A DNA stretch of 51,442 nt from the NCBI GenBank assembly GCA_046594825.1, contig JBKJRF010000193.1, positions 1 to 51,442 on the forward strand, read 5' to 3'. The stretch is from Methylotenera sp. (GTDB lineage: Bacteria > Pseudomonadota > Gammaproteobacteria > Burkholderiales > Methylophilaceae). The translations under genes were made by a program, and so were the position numbers. Of this stretch, positions 29,633 through 39,931 are shown one piece after another. The notes beneath the pieces are model-generated. The model was not told the DNA's origin. It did not search any database and saw only the letters and a program-made list of their open reading frames with translations. Numbering within the stretch: position 1 is the first letter of the stretch; every line of letters starts with the position of its first letter.

Positions 29633-30514
29633 TTATTTTAATTCTCGATGCCGCGTCAATACTTTTTGTTGGAGTCTAAAATACTCACTTAATTGCTCTA
29701 CAAAATACACCGACCTATGCTGGCCACCAGTGCAGCCAATGGCAACTGTTAAATAACTGCGGTTATCCGTCACAAAACAAGGTAACCACTTTTCTATATA
29801 GTGACGAATATCTTTGAGCATATCATGCACAGTGTCGTGACTTTCTAAAAATATCTTTACCGATGCATCACGTCCAGTGAGATCACGGAGGTTCGGATCG
29901 TAGTGTGGGTTTGGCAGGCAACGTACATCAAATACAAAATCGGCATCTAATGGAATGCCATGCTTAAACCCGAACGATGTGAATAATAACGTGAGCCCAA
30001 TATGCTCGCCAGCAACAATATCTTTAACCCATGCTCTCAGTTGATTTGCACTCAGGTGACTAGTATCAATCACATGGCCTAAACTACCCAAATTACTTAG
30101 TAGTTCGCGTTCGTAGGCAATGCTTTCAGCGAGCGTGCTATTGTCTTTGCTGAGAGGATGTTTACGTCGAGTTTCACTAAACCTTTTGACTAAGGTTTCA
30201 ACGTTAGATTCTAGAAATAGAACTTGGGTAGTGATGTTTTGTGATTTTAACTGTGCAATATGTGATGGCAAGGTTTCAATCGCAGCGCTACGGCTATCAA
30301 TACTAATTGCCACGCGGTCGTGATTAGCCCCACTTAAATGCGCTGAGGTGCTGTATTCAGAACTCAGGTATTCAGAGCTTAGGTGCTGCGCAATTTGCGG
30401 CAACATGGTGGCAGGTAAATTATCAATGCAATAGTAACCGCTATCTTCCAGCGCTCGCAAAGCAATACTTTTACCTGAGCCTGAAAGCCCTGTAACAATA
30501 ATAAGCTGTTTCAT
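29633..30514 (-). CDS. rapZ: RNase adapter RapZ
   Basis: GLSGSGKS, CIDNLP, RFSETRRKHPL, SFGFKHG, DVRCLPNPH and GCTGGQHRSV. Confidence 0.96.
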   Translation of the reverse strand: MKQLIIVTGLSGSGKSIALRALEDSGYYCIDNLPATMLPQIAQHLSSEYLSSEYSTSAHLSGANHDRVAISIDSRSAAIETLPSHIAQLKSQNITTQVLFLESNVETLVKRFSETRRKHPLSKDNSTLAESIAYERELLSNLGSLGHVIDTSHLSANQLRAWVKDIVAGEHIGLTLLFTSFGFKHGIPLDADFVFDVRCLPNPHYDPNLRDLTGRDASVKIFLESHDTVHDMLKDIRHYIEKWLPCFVTDNRSYLTVAIGCTGGQHRSVYFVEQLSEYFRLQQKVLTRHRELK

Positions 30515-30544
30515 GATGTGATATTAAGTATAAAACACTGCTAG

Positions 30545-31486
30545 CTATTTAGATTTTTTCATCTCACGCAATTGGCGTTGCGTAAATTGTTTGGTTGCGT
30601 TAATACCACGTAATAATAGCATGTGGTTGCGAATCGCAACTTCAACTAGCACAGCGATATTACGTCCAGCCGCAATTGGAATTTGTACTTTGGGTATTTT
30701 GACGCTTAATACTTCTTCAAGCTGCGTTTTGATATTGAGCCTGTCTAGCTGTTGCGGCGCGAGTTTGTCAGCCATTTCAAGCTGGATGATCAGGTCTAGT
30801 GGTTTAGTCGGCTTAACTGAATTATCGCCAAATAACGCGCGGATATTTAAAATTCCTAAGCCACGCACTTCCAAAAAGTCTTGTAACAAAGGCGGGCAGC
30901 GGCCTTCGACCCGTTCAGGTGAGATGCGGAAAAAATCAACAATATCATCAGCAATCAAGCGGTGACCTCGCGAAATAAGCTCTAGTGCCAATTCGCTTTT
31001 ACCAATCGCAGCGTCACCTTTGATTAGCGCGCCAAAGCCTTGTACTTCCATAAATACACCATGTAAACTGACTGACTCAGCTACTGCAAGTGCCAAAAAA
31101 TGACTCAAAATATCCATCAATTCTGGGCTGCGTAATGGCGATGAAAATAGTGGTGTGGTATGACTGTCAGCTGCTGCAATTAAGGAGTCTGGTACTTTTT
31201 CACCATTGGCTACAATCACCGCTGCTAAATCTGTGGAATATAAGTTAGCAATCGCACGCTCAGCATCTGTAGCTTCTAGGCTGCGTAAATAATCCATCTC
31301 AGCGCAACCCATCACTTGCACACGATTGGGATGTACAAAATTAAGGTGGCCAATTAGGGCTAGCGAAGGCTTGGTAACAGCCTGACTTGTAAGGGTATTA
31401 GACCCACCATTAAGCCCAGCAATCCATTTCAGTTTGAGCTTATGGCGAGTCTGTTTGAATAGCTCTGCTACGTTTATTTGAGCCAT
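30545..31486 (-). CDS. hprK: HPr kinase/phosphorylase
   Basis: LHGVF, GDAAIGKSELALEL, GHRLIADD, LEVRGLGI and AAGRN. Confidence 0.96.
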   Translation of the reverse strand: MAQINVAELFKQTRHKLKLKWIAGLNGGSNTLTSQAVTKPSLALIGHLNFVHPNRVQVMGCAEMDYLRSLEATDAERAIANLYSTDLAAVIVANGEKVPDSLIAAADSHTTPLFSSPLRSPELMDILSHFLALAVAESVSLHGVFMEVQGFGALIKGDAAIGKSELALELISRGHRLIADDIVDFFRISPERVEGRCPPLLQDFLEVRGLGILNIRALFGDNSVKPTKPLDLIIQLEMADKLAPQQLDRLNIKTQLEEVLSVKIPKVQIPIAAGRNIAVLVEVAIRNHMLLLRGINATKQFTQRQLREMKKSK

Positions 31487-31555
31487 ATATGAAGATTAAA
31501 GATTAAGGAAACTACTTTATGTACTTAAATAACTTGGTTTATAGAATAACCTGAT

Positions 31556-31882
31556 TTATTGAATGATCTGGTGCTTTACTGCGCCGTTCGTTTTGTGATG
31601 GTCACCATTTTTTTCTTTGTGTTTGACTACTTGGCGATCCAGTTTGTCTGTCAGCATGTCAATGGCACTATACATATTGTCATCTTCGCACGCAGCATGT
31701 AAATCGTTGCCTGGTACATGCAGTGTAGCCTCTACCTTTTGGGCAAGCTTTTCTACACTCATGGTCACTTTAACGTCTATCACATGGTCAAAGTGGTTGC
31801 TAATTCGGACTAATTTGCTTGTGACATAATCACGTAATGCAGGTGTAATTTCTAAATGAAGACCAGTTAATTGTAAATTCAT
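31556..31882 (-). CDS. hpf: Ribosome hibernation promoting factor (RaiA/HPF)
   Basis: ITPALRDYV, MYSAID and KLDRQVVKHKEK; follows rpoN; AAGGAG RBS. Confidence 0.95.
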   Translation of the reverse strand: MNLQLTGLHLEITPALRDYVTSKLVRISNHFDHVIDVKVTMSVEKLAQKVEATLHVPGNDLHAACEDDNMYSAIDMLTDKLDRQVVKHKEKNGDHHKTNGAVKHQIIQ

Positions 31883-32125
31883 GACTTACTCCTTTTCAAA
31901 ATGTTCTCAAGTTTGAAAGGCATTGATTTTAGTAATGAAGCATTTTTACGTTGCATGCGCTTGATATGACTTTAAGCTTAAAAATACGGGTTAGCTAAAT
32001 TCTTTTCATTTCAAACTTATCGAACAATTTCAGTTTACTACTAAAATTTGCGTCTGTGCCATAGAAAAAAAGATATTTCTTTGCGTTAAATTCAGCGTAT
32101 AGTCTTTAGAGTTAAACAACAGAAT

Positions 32126-33736
32126 CTATAGTGTTTTTCTTAAACTAGCGGGTGCAATGTTAAGTGATTCGCGGTATTTAGCGATAGTGCGGCGCGCTAC
32201 CACAATACCTTGTTTGGCTAATAAATCGGTAATTTGATTGTCAGAGTAAGGCTTCTTAGGGTTCTCTTCTTCCACCAATTGCTTAATCAGTGCGCGAATT
32301 GCCGTAGCTGAACAGGTACCGCCAGTATCTGTTGCCACTGAGCTACCAAAGAAGTATTTAAGTTCAAAAATACCTCGCGGAGTGAGCATATACTTACTTG
32401 TTGTGACCCGTGAAATAGTCGATTCATGCAAATCTAACTCATCAGCGATCTCACGTAGTACTAGCGGCCTCATAGCTACTTCGCCGTATTCTAAAAAGTT
32501 ACGTTGGCGGTCAACAATCGCTTGCGATACACGCAAGATAGTAGAAAAGCGCTGTTGGATATTTTTAATCATCCATTTGGCTTCTTGCATTTGGCTTTGT
32601 AAATATTGGCTAGAACTATCGCGATTACGCTTCAATATACTTGCATAGAGTTGATTGATTTTAAGTTTAGGAATCACACCATCATTCAGGCTGGTGATCC
32701 AAATACCTTTTACTTTTTTTACAATCACTTCATGCTGAATATAATGCTCAGAACCGATAATGCTAAACGCACTACCTGGTCGTGGATTTAAGCTGGTGAT
32801 TAATTGTTGCACGCTTTTTAGTGTGGCTTCATCGCAAGTTAACTCTTTTCGTAACTTGGTAAAATCTCTTGCTCCAAGTGCGGGTAAGTGGTTTTTCACT
32901 ACTAAATTGGCTAATGTTAAATATGGGGTGTCTGTTGGTAATAAACTCAGTTGAAGCAGAAGGCACTCGCTTAAGTCGCGTGCACCCACTCCAGCTGGAT
33001 CTAAATTTTGTACGTGACGCAGTGCCGTTTGTAATTCTAACGCATCTATTTCCAGCTCTAAAGGCATGTTATCTGCGATTTCTTCCAGCGACTCTTCTAA
33101 ATAACCATCTTCGTTAATGCTATCGACCAGTAGTAAGGCAAGCGTTTGGTCACGCTCAGAAAGCGGCATTAATTTAAGCTGTGAAAGCAAATGCTCTCGC
33201 AAACTAATTTGCAAAGTTTCTTGTTGCTTAAAGTCGCTATCATCATCAGCTGGCGTGCTGTTTTCATCCCAACGGCTACCATTTGAGAATTCGTCGAATT
33301 CATCATTAAACTCTGAGGAAAAATCTGTGGTACTGGCGCTTAAATCAAAATCGGCTGGTTCGTCTTGCTGGTTTGTTTCAATTTTATTGGTATCAATTTG
33401 ATTTGATTCTGTACTGCGGTCTGAAAATTCAGAACTAAAATTCTCGGAGTCTTTTATGTAATCTTGAGTATCGCTCTGCCCGTTTTTTTGCAAGTCTTCA
33501 TGTAAGGCTTCATTAGTTTTTTCATGCGTAGCAATTTCATCCGCACCATCATCTGCAGTATTCCCATACTCATCTTCGCCAGCTTCACCTCTTTCAAGCA
33601 GAGGATTCGTTTGCATCAATACATCAATTTCTTGATTCAGTTCGAGCGTAGATAGCTGTAGCAGGCGGATAGCCTGTTGTAATTGTGGTGTTAATGAGAG
33701 GTTCTGCGAGAACCTAAGTTGCATGCCTTGTTTCAT
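32126..33736 (-). CDS. rpoN: RNA polymerase sigma-54
   Basis: [29 protein letters not shown] and the RpoN box [10 protein letters not shown]. Confidence 0.98.
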   Translation of the reverse strand: MKQGMQLRFSQNLSLTPQLQQAIRLLQLSTLELNQEIDVLMQTNPLLERGEAGEDEYGNTADDGADEIATHEKTNEALHEDLQKNGQSDTQDYIKDSENFSSEFSDRSTESNQIDTNKIETNQQDEPADFDLSASTTDFSSEFNDEFDEFSNGSRWDENSTPADDDSDFKQQETLQISLREHLLSQLKLMPLSERDQTLALLLVDSINEDGYLEESLEEIADNMPLELEIDALELQTALRHVQNLDPAGVGARDLSECLLLQLSLLPTDTPYLTLANLVVKNHLPALGARDFTKLRKELTCDEATLKSVQQLITSLNPRPGSAFSIIGSEHYIQHEVIVKKVKGIWITSLNDGVIPKLKINQLYASILKRNRDSSSQYLQSQMQEAKWMIKNIQQRFSTILRVSQAIVDRQRNFLEYGEVAMRPLVLREIADELDLHESTISRVTTSKYMLTPRGIFELKYFFGSSVATDTGGTCSATAIRALIKQLVEEENPKKPYSDNQITDLLAKQGIVVARRTIAKYRESLNIAPASLRKTL

Positions 33737-34455
33737 AGACGGAAATCTTTGCCCAAATATACTTCGCGCACGCTTTGATTACCCACAATTTCACTAGGAA
33801 TGCCGGAAGCAAAGACATGGCCTTGGTTCACAATATAAGCGCGGTCACAAATGCCTAAGGTTTCACGTACATTATGGTCGGTAATCAATACACCAATATC
33901 ACGTGCACTTAAAAAACGAATGATTTTCTGAATGTCGATAACAGCAATTGGGTCAATTCCCGCAAAAGGCTCATCTAGTAAAATAAAGCTGGGATTCGAA
34001 GCTAGGCAGCGTGCAATTTCCACGCGACGGCGTTCGCCGCCCGATAAGCTCACTGCGGCATTATCGCGAATATGTGTAATGTGTAATTCTTCAAGCAAAG
34101 ATTCTAATTTCTCATCCATTTCGGCTTCGGTCATTTCTTGCAGTTGCAGTACTGCAAGAATATTTTCTGATACCGAAAGTTTACGAAAGATAGATGGTTC
34201 TTGTGGTAAGTATGACAAGCCCATTCTGGCGCGCATATGGATAGGCATATGGCTTAAGTCTTTGCCATCAAGCAAAATTCTGCCTTCATCTAAAGCAACT
34301 AATCCGACCATCATGTAAAAGCTCGTGGTTTTACCTGCGCCGTTCGGCCCTAGCAATCCGACGACCTCACCACTTTTTAAGCATAGAGAGATGTCTTGCA
34401 CCACTGTGCGCGCTTTGTATGATTTACGCAGATTTTCTACAACGAGTTCGCTCAT
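33733..34455 (-). CDS. lptB: LPS export ABC transporter ATPase
   Basis: [44 protein letters not shown] and VYLG. Confidence 0.97.
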   Translation of the reverse strand: MSELVVENLRKSYKARTVVQDISLCLKSGEVVGLLGPNGAGKTTSFYMMVGLVALDEGRILLDGKDLSHMPIHMRARMGLSYLPQEPSIFRKLSVSENILAVLQLQEMTEAEMDEKLESLLEELHITHIRDNAAVSLSGGERRRVEIARCLASNPSFILLDEPFAGIDPIAVIDIQKIIRFLSARDIGVLITDHNVRETLGICDRAYIVNQGHVFASGIPSEIVGNQSVREVYLGKDFRL

Positions 34456-34524
34456 AATGATTGATCTTATTTTATCTATCTTGTTCTATTTATTAAATAT
34501 GCGGCTCTTGGCTTAGCTTAATGC

Positions 34525-35262
34525 TTATTTCTGTTCATTGTTTAGTTCTAAACTTCTGCTAAAGCGTGTATCTTTTACAGATGCTGGTACAGGGAGTGAG
34601 TTGCTATTAGTAGAGCTTACACTATTGGGCGTATCTGCCTTGCTGGCATTTGGTTTTGTATTATCGGTAGTTGGTTCTATAGCTTTTTTGTTTTTTGGTT
34701 GAATCACTGCACGTACTCGGCCACTAGAGCTGCCATCAGTAGATTTAGGACCGCCAATGACCTCTGCATATTCTGCATTCGCGTCATAGCTAATGTAATC
34801 GCCATGTACGATATCTTCGCCGCGTTTAACCCAAGCTTTAGTATAAAGCTGTACTTTATCCATACGGCCATCGTACTCTATGCGTTGCGCGCTACCTTCC
34901 ATATACTCATTTTTACCCTCACGTTTTTGTTTGAACGTGGTTGGGTTACCTAACGAAGTGCTATGCTGAAAACCTGAGCTATCCTCGCGCACAATTAATT
35001 TATCTGCATGAATTATCAAAGTACCTTGCGTTAAAATCACATTGCCAGAGTAGGTGCTGATTTGCTTGGCATCGTCCACTTTTACAGTGTCGGCTTCTAA
35101 ATCAATCGGTTTGTCACGGTCAGCCGCTTCGGCAAACACGTTATTAGACTGAGCTAATAAAGACAAACCTAATAATGCAAAGCTCAAACTTAAGCACGTT
35201 AAACTTGGCGATACAAAACCCGGTACAGCTTTAAGTTTTGTCATGATTGTGTGCTTACTCAT
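34525..35262 (-). CDS. lptA: LPS transport periplasmic protein LptA
   Basis: DRDKPIDLEAD, GNVILTQGTL, GNPTTFKQK and GRVRAVIQP; lptC-lptA-lptB order. The start is uncertain (ATG 35262 chosen). Confidence 0.92.
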   Translation of the reverse strand: MSKHTIMTKLKAVPGFVSPSLTCLSLSFALLGLSLLAQSNNVFAEAADRDKPIDLEADTVKVDDAKQISTYSGNVILTQGTLIIHADKLIVREDSSGFQHSTSLGNPTTFKQKREGKNEYMEGSAQRIEYDGRMDKVQLYTKAWVKRGEDIVHGDYISYDANAEYAEVIGGPKSTDGSSSGRVRAVIQPKNKKAIEPTTDNTKPNASKADTPNSVSSTNSNSLPVPASVKDTRFSRSLELNNEQK

Positions 35263-36010
35263 AGCGTCTCCGAATGCGCGCATCTTTAGTATTAGATGTA
35301 GTAGGGTTATGTTTTTTTAATGTTGAAACTGCCGCTGGCTTGGCTTTAACAACAGGCACTGTATCACTTACAGTTTCGGTTTTGAGATTACTATTTTTCA
35401 TATTAGCATTAGCAATATCTGACGTCGGCTGTGCAGGGTATTCATAATGTGCACGTACTTTATGCAACAAAGTAACGGTACGATTTTTCTTTTCATAAAT
35501 CATGCCAGTGGCATAGATTACTGTTTTTGGTGCTTGCCGAATGACCACTGGGCTTTGGGTTCTGACAAGCTCCTCATTTGGGCGAATGTTAAGGTACTCT
35601 GTTTCCACGGTCATTTCACCTTTTTCTGCAAAAGCTTGACGCGTAACTTTCACGTTATCAACCAATTGTACTTCTTCGCCATCGCTAGAAACATAACCAC
35701 GCAAGCCTTCGGCCTGTGTATAAGGTTGACCCACGGCAAATTGTGTATAGCGTGGCCGCTGCAAATTTGTTGTGTCGTCATCTGGATAATGTATCATTTC
35801 TACTGCTGCTAATTTATAACGCAAATCTCCATTAATATCCGTCTGAGTGGTGACAAAATTATTCATAATATAATCTGGAGCATGGCGACTACTGCCATCT
35901 AGCTTTGGTTTAGGTGGCTGAACAATATGGTTAATCCAAAACGTTAGTAATGCCAATATGGATAGCAAAACTAGTGGAAAAACAATCGTAGAGCGCTTGC
36001 TTAAGCTCAT
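35255..36010 (-). CDS. lptC: LPS export protein LptC
   Basis: N-terminal TM helix, HAPDYIM and HYPDDDT; position between kdsC and lptA. Confidence 0.9.
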   Translation of the reverse strand: MSLSKRSTIVFPLVLLSILALLTFWINHIVQPPKPKLDGSSRHAPDYIMNNFVTTQTDINGDLRYKLAAVEMIHYPDDDTTNLQRPRYTQFAVGQPYTQAEGLRGYVSSDGEEVQLVDNVKVTRQAFAEKGEMTVETEYLNIRPNEELVRTQSPVVIRQAPKTVIYATGMIYEKKNRTVTLLHKVRAHYEYPAQPTSDIANANMKNSNLKTETVSDTVPVVKAKPAAVSTLKKHNPTTSNTKDARIRRRYE

Positions 36011-36064
36011 TCAGCACGGTTCACGTAGAGTAATTTTATAAAAGCTACAGTATTCATAATATTT

Positions 36065-36670
36065 TTAATTAGCAATCCGTGCCTGTGTTAAAAACTGTGC
36101 CATTTGTCCGTCAAATGTTCCTTGTGCCTGCATAATCAATTCACAAATCTCGCGGACTGCTCCGCGACCACCTGATTTTTTAGTCACATAATGCGAATGT
36201 TTTATTACCAGTGCTGGCGAGTCTGGCACTGCGATAGCTAGACCGCATTTAAGCATAGGTGGAAGATCGACAACATCATCGCCCATAAAAGCGCATTGAT
36301 TTGCTTGCAGGCTACTTGCTTTCATCAATTCATTAAATGCCACTAATTTATCTTCTGCGCCTTGGTAAAAATGTGCAACACCTGTGCTTTCAGCACGTTT
36401 TTTTACTACATTCGAAGTGCGCCCGGTAATAATGGCCAACTCAACGCCAGAGGCTTTTAACAGCTTCATACCCAAGCCATCATGTGCATGAAAAGTTTTA
36501 TATTCTTGGCCATCATCACCTATAGTCAGGCCACCATCCGTCATCACGCCATCTACATCTAACACTAGCAACTTGATGTTTTGTAGGCGTAGCTTTAAAT
36601 CTTCACTAATTTCAAGGCCAATATTAGTAAGCTCAATACTTGTTGGTAAACTAACTTCAGTATGCTTCAT
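36065..36670 (-). CDS. kdsC: KDO 8-phosphate phosphatase
   Basis: LDVDGVMTDG, AIITGR, MGDDVVDLP and GGRGAVRE. Confidence 0.95.
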   Translation of the reverse strand: MKHTEVSLPTSIELTNIGLEISEDLKLRLQNIKLLVLDVDGVMTDGGLTIGDDGQEYKTFHAHDGLGMKLLKASGVELAIITGRTSNVVKKRAESTGVAHFYQGAEDKLVAFNELMKASSLQANQCAFMGDDVVDLPPMLKCGLAIAVPDSPALVIKHSHYVTKKSGGRGAVREICELIMQAQGTFDGQMAQFLTQARIAN

Positions 36671-36676
36671 CTCTAT

Positions 36677-37693
36677 TTAAACTACCTTTGCTAACAAAAG
36701 GTCATGCATATTTAATGCGCCTACTAAAATTCCAGCCTCATTTGTTACCAAAAGTGCGTTAATTTTGTGTTGCTCCATGAGTTCGACCGCGACAATTGCC
36801 AATTGATCCTGATGAATGGTTAATGGGTTATGGTGCATCACGTCTACGATACTAGCTGATGCCACGGTGATGTTTTGTTCAAATGCTCGGCGTAAATCGC
36901 CATCGGTGAAAATGCCAATAGGTTTGTTGCTAGCATCTACAACTGCCGTCAATCCTAAACCCTTGCGTGACATTTCTAATAAGCCTTCTGAAAGCGAAGC
37001 ATTAGCTAATACTTGAGGAATATTGTCACCAGTGCGCATTAAATCAATCACATGAATCAATAGACGTCGCCCGAGACTACCCCCAGGGTGTGAACGTGCA
37101 AAGTCTTCAGCGGTAAAGTCACGCTGATCCAGCACACATAGCGCCAGAGCATCTCCCAGCGCTAAAGCAACCGTAGTGCTTGAGGTGGGCGCTAAACCAA
37201 GGGGACATGCTTCTTTTGATACAGATGCACTTAAATGGATATCGGCTGCTTTGGCTAGTGAAGATGAATCTTTGCCTGTAATTGCAATGATTTTTGCGCC
37301 TAATCTTTTAAGTGGAGGGACGATAGCAAGAATTTCATCGCTCTCACCAGAGTTTGAAAGTGCAATCACGATGTCACCGGTGGTAATCATGCCTAAATCG
37401 CCATGACTCGCTTCTGCAGGGTGCATAAAAAAGGCAGGTGTACCTGTGCTGGCAAATGTGGAGGCGATTTTGCCGCCAATATGGCCTGATTTCCCCATGC
37501 CACTCACCACAACACGGCCTTGGCATTGTAAAATGAGGTTGACTGCTCTGGTAAAGTTATCGTCTAGACGTTTTGCGAGAGCATCAATTTCACTGGCTTC
37601 CAGCAATAAAATATCTCGCGCCAATGCCAATGTTGGCTGTTGAATAGCGCGCATATTTGTAGCAGATTTTTTTTGGCTAAGTGGTGATGACAT
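36677..37693 (-). CDS. kdsD: Arabinose-5-phosphate isomerase (KpsF/GutQ family)
   Basis: GMGKSGHIG, HPAEASHGDLG, EACPLGLAPTSST and HPGGSLG; C-terminal CBS pair. Confidence 0.95.
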   Translation of the reverse strand: MSSPLSQKKSATNMRAIQQPTLALARDILLLEASEIDALAKRLDDNFTRAVNLILQCQGRVVVSGMGKSGHIGGKIASTFASTGTPAFFMHPAEASHGDLGMITTGDIVIALSNSGESDEILAIVPPLKRLGAKIIAITGKDSSSLAKAADIHLSASVSKEACPLGLAPTSSTTVALALGDALALCVLDQRDFTAEDFARSHPGGSLGRRLLIHVIDLMRTGDNIPQVLANASLSEGLLEMSRKGLGLTAVVDASNKPIGIFTDGDLRRAFEQNITVASASIVDVMHHNPLTIHQDQLAIVAVELMEQHKINALLVTNEAGILVGALNMHDLLLAKVV

Positions 37694-37868
37694 TGTGCTT
37701 AAATTGATTGATAAACATTAGGTTTATTAAACTGGGTTATTAATATTTACATATTTATCAGTTAGTATAAAAGGGAATGTCACACTTATAAAGCCTAAAT
37801 AGGCACTAAATAACGACAATTTTATTAAAAAGAATAAAAGTTTTATGTTTTAAGCATAAATTTTGCTA

Positions 37869-37894
37869 TCGCCAGTTTTTTAAAAAACTGGCGA
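37869..37894. repeat. Perfect 26-bp palindrome in the kdsD / antiporter divergent region
   Basis: TCGCCAGTTTTTTAAAAAACTGGCGA equals its own reverse complement. Confidence 0.85.
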
Positions 37895-37939
37895 AAAGAA
37901 TAATTAAGTAATAAAAATCATCTTCTTCATAGGTAAAAC

Positions 37940-39925
37940 ATGTTTGATACATTACCCTTAATATTAATTTTGCTTACTAGTTCAGTGCTAGGTGTCGCGC
38001 TATTTCGTGCCTTGCGCTTGCCTGCTATGTTGGCATATTTTTTAGTAGGTTTAGCGTTAGGTCCACATACTTTTGGTTTGTTGCCAGATAGTGATGCGAA
38101 TCGCGAGTTTGCAGAATTTGGTATTGTATTTTTAATGTTTAGTATCGGCCTAGAATTTAGCTTACCTCAACTTTATGCTATGCGCAAAAAAGTGCTGGGC
38201 TTAGGCGGTGCACAGGTAGCTGTAACGTTAGCAATTATTATGGGCATCGCTAAATTTTTTGGTTTAAATTGGTCTGCTGCGTTTGTGGTTGGATCGGCAT
38301 TAACCATGTCATCTACTGCCATAGTGTCAAAAATTCTCGCTGAGCGAGTTGATTTAAACTCACGCCACGGCCGTTTGAGTATAGGTGTGTTACTTTTCCA
38401 AGATATTGCAGTCGTACCAATTTTGGTGCTAATTCCGGCATTAGGTATCGCTAACGCTAATTTAATGGATGTGCTTGGTATTGCTATGCTCAAGGCTGCC
38501 GCCATGCTGCTGTTTTTGTTTACTGTAGGCAAATGGCTTATCAACCCTTGGTTTAGTTTAGTGGCTAGCCAGCGCTCGCGCGAATTATTCGTGATGAACG
38601 TACTGATGGTGACTTTATTATTGGCTTTTGCTACCAAAATGGCGGGCTTATCTTATGCATTAGGTGCATTTATTGCAGGTATGTTAATTTCCGAAACGCG
38701 CTATCGCTACCAAGTGGAATCTGATATTTCGCCGTTCCGGGATATTTTACTTGGGCTATTTTTCATTAGCGTAGGGATGTTGTTAAATTGGCATGAAATT
38801 TTTAACAATATTGGTGTGGTGTTATTGATACTCGTTGCATTTATCGTGCTTAAAGCGATTGTTATTACTTTGGTGGTTAGGTTAGTTAAATATGAATCTG
38901 GTGTTGCTATTCGTACTGGTGTGATATTGGCACAAGCAGGTGAATTTGGTTTTGTGATTTTAGCGCTAGGGCTAGAGCAAAAACTGATTGATGGTGCAGC
39001 GTTGCAATTGGTATTGGCTGCAGCCATTCTTTCCATGGTCGTTGCCCCATTTTTAATTCAGTACAACGGGCGTATTGCTAGAAAACTAGTGCGTAGTTAC
39101 AGCCGAAATAGTGGTCAAGTGGTGCAAGATATTGATGAGGTGGGTAAGCACCTAAACGGTCACGTGATTATTTGCGGCTATGGTCGTAGTGGGCAATATT
39201 TAGGTCGCTTCTTGAAAGAGGAAAACATCCCCTTTATTGCGCTGGATATTGACCCAGCTCGGGTGCTGGAAGCAGCAGCAGCAGGCGAGAATGTGATGTT
39301 TGGCGATGCTGGTCGACGCGTAGTGTTAGAGGCAGCGGGAGGCGCACGCGCTAAAGCCTTGGTGATTAGTTATTCTGATATTCCAGCGGCCATGAAAATT
39401 CTACATGTGGTGCAAGAGTGTTATCCAGAACTGCCAGTCATTGTGCGCACTGTTGATGACACCAATATGGAAGCATTGCGAGAAGCAGGTGCTGCCGAAG
39501 TTGTGCCTGAAATTCTTGAAGGTAGCTTGATGTTAGCTTCGCACGCACTGATGTTGCTCGGGATACCATTAAATCGCGTAGTAAAGCGCATTAGAATATT
39601 TAGAGAAGAACGCTACAAACTATTCCGTGGATACTTTCACGGTATTTCAGATGCGGAAAATCAGGATTTAGAAAAACAACAAGTGCGATTACATTCGGTG
39701 ATTATTTCAGCTGGTGCATTTGCTGTGGGTAGAACTTTAGCAAATATGCATTTAGATAATCTCAATGTAGAAGTTAAAGCGATTCGTAGGCCAAATTTAG
39801 TAGGTGCTGAGCCTACAGTAGAAAGTACGTTGGCAGAGGGCGATGTGATTGTGTTATTAGGTCAGCCTACTGGATTAACCAACGCCCAAAATGCCTTGCT
39901 CATTGGTCGCGTGGCGATTAAGTAA
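37940..39925 (+). CDS. CPA2 monovalent cation:proton antiporter (Kef-like, with TrkA-N and TrkA-C domains)
   Basis: FLMFSIGLEFS, LLFQD, AQAGEFGFV, ICGYGRSG and FGDAG; many TM helices. Confidence 0.92.
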   Translation: MFDTLPLILILLTSSVLGVALFRALRLPAMLAYFLVGLALGPHTFGLLPDSDANREFAEFGIVFLMFSIGLEFSLPQLYAMRKKVLGLGGAQVAVTLAIIMGIAKFFGLNWSAAFVVGSALTMSSTAIVSKILAERVDLNSRHGRLSIGVLLFQDIAVVPILVLIPALGIANANLMDVLGIAMLKAAAMLLFLFTVGKWLINPWFSLVASQRSRELFVMNVLMVTLLLAFATKMAGLSYALGAFIAGMLISETRYRYQVESDISPFRDILLGLFFISVGMLLNWHEIFNNIGVVLLILVAFIVLKAIVITLVVRLVKYESGVAIRTGVILAQAGEFGFVILALGLEQKLIDGAALQLVLAAAILSMVVAPFLIQYNGRIARKLVRSYSRNSGQVVQDIDEVGKHLNGHVIICGYGRSGQYLGRFLKEENIPFIALDIDPARVLEAAAAGENVMFGDAGRRVVLEAAGGARAKALVISYSDIPAAMKILHVVQECYPELPVIVRTVDDTNMEALREAGAAEVVPEILEGSLMLASHALMLLGIPLNRVVKRIRIFREERYKLFRGYFHGISDAENQDLEKQQVRLHSVIISAGAFAVGRTLANMHLDNLNVEVKAIRRPNLVGAEPTVESTLAEGDVIVLLGQPTGLTNAQNALLIGRVAIK

Positions 39926-39931
39926 AAAATT

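Noticed and set aside
32046-32061. Sigma54 promoter for hpf (TGGCAC on the minus strand)
   Set aside because: The -24 element is present, but the -12 position reads CAAAT rather than TTGC, so the required GG-N10-GC spacing fails.
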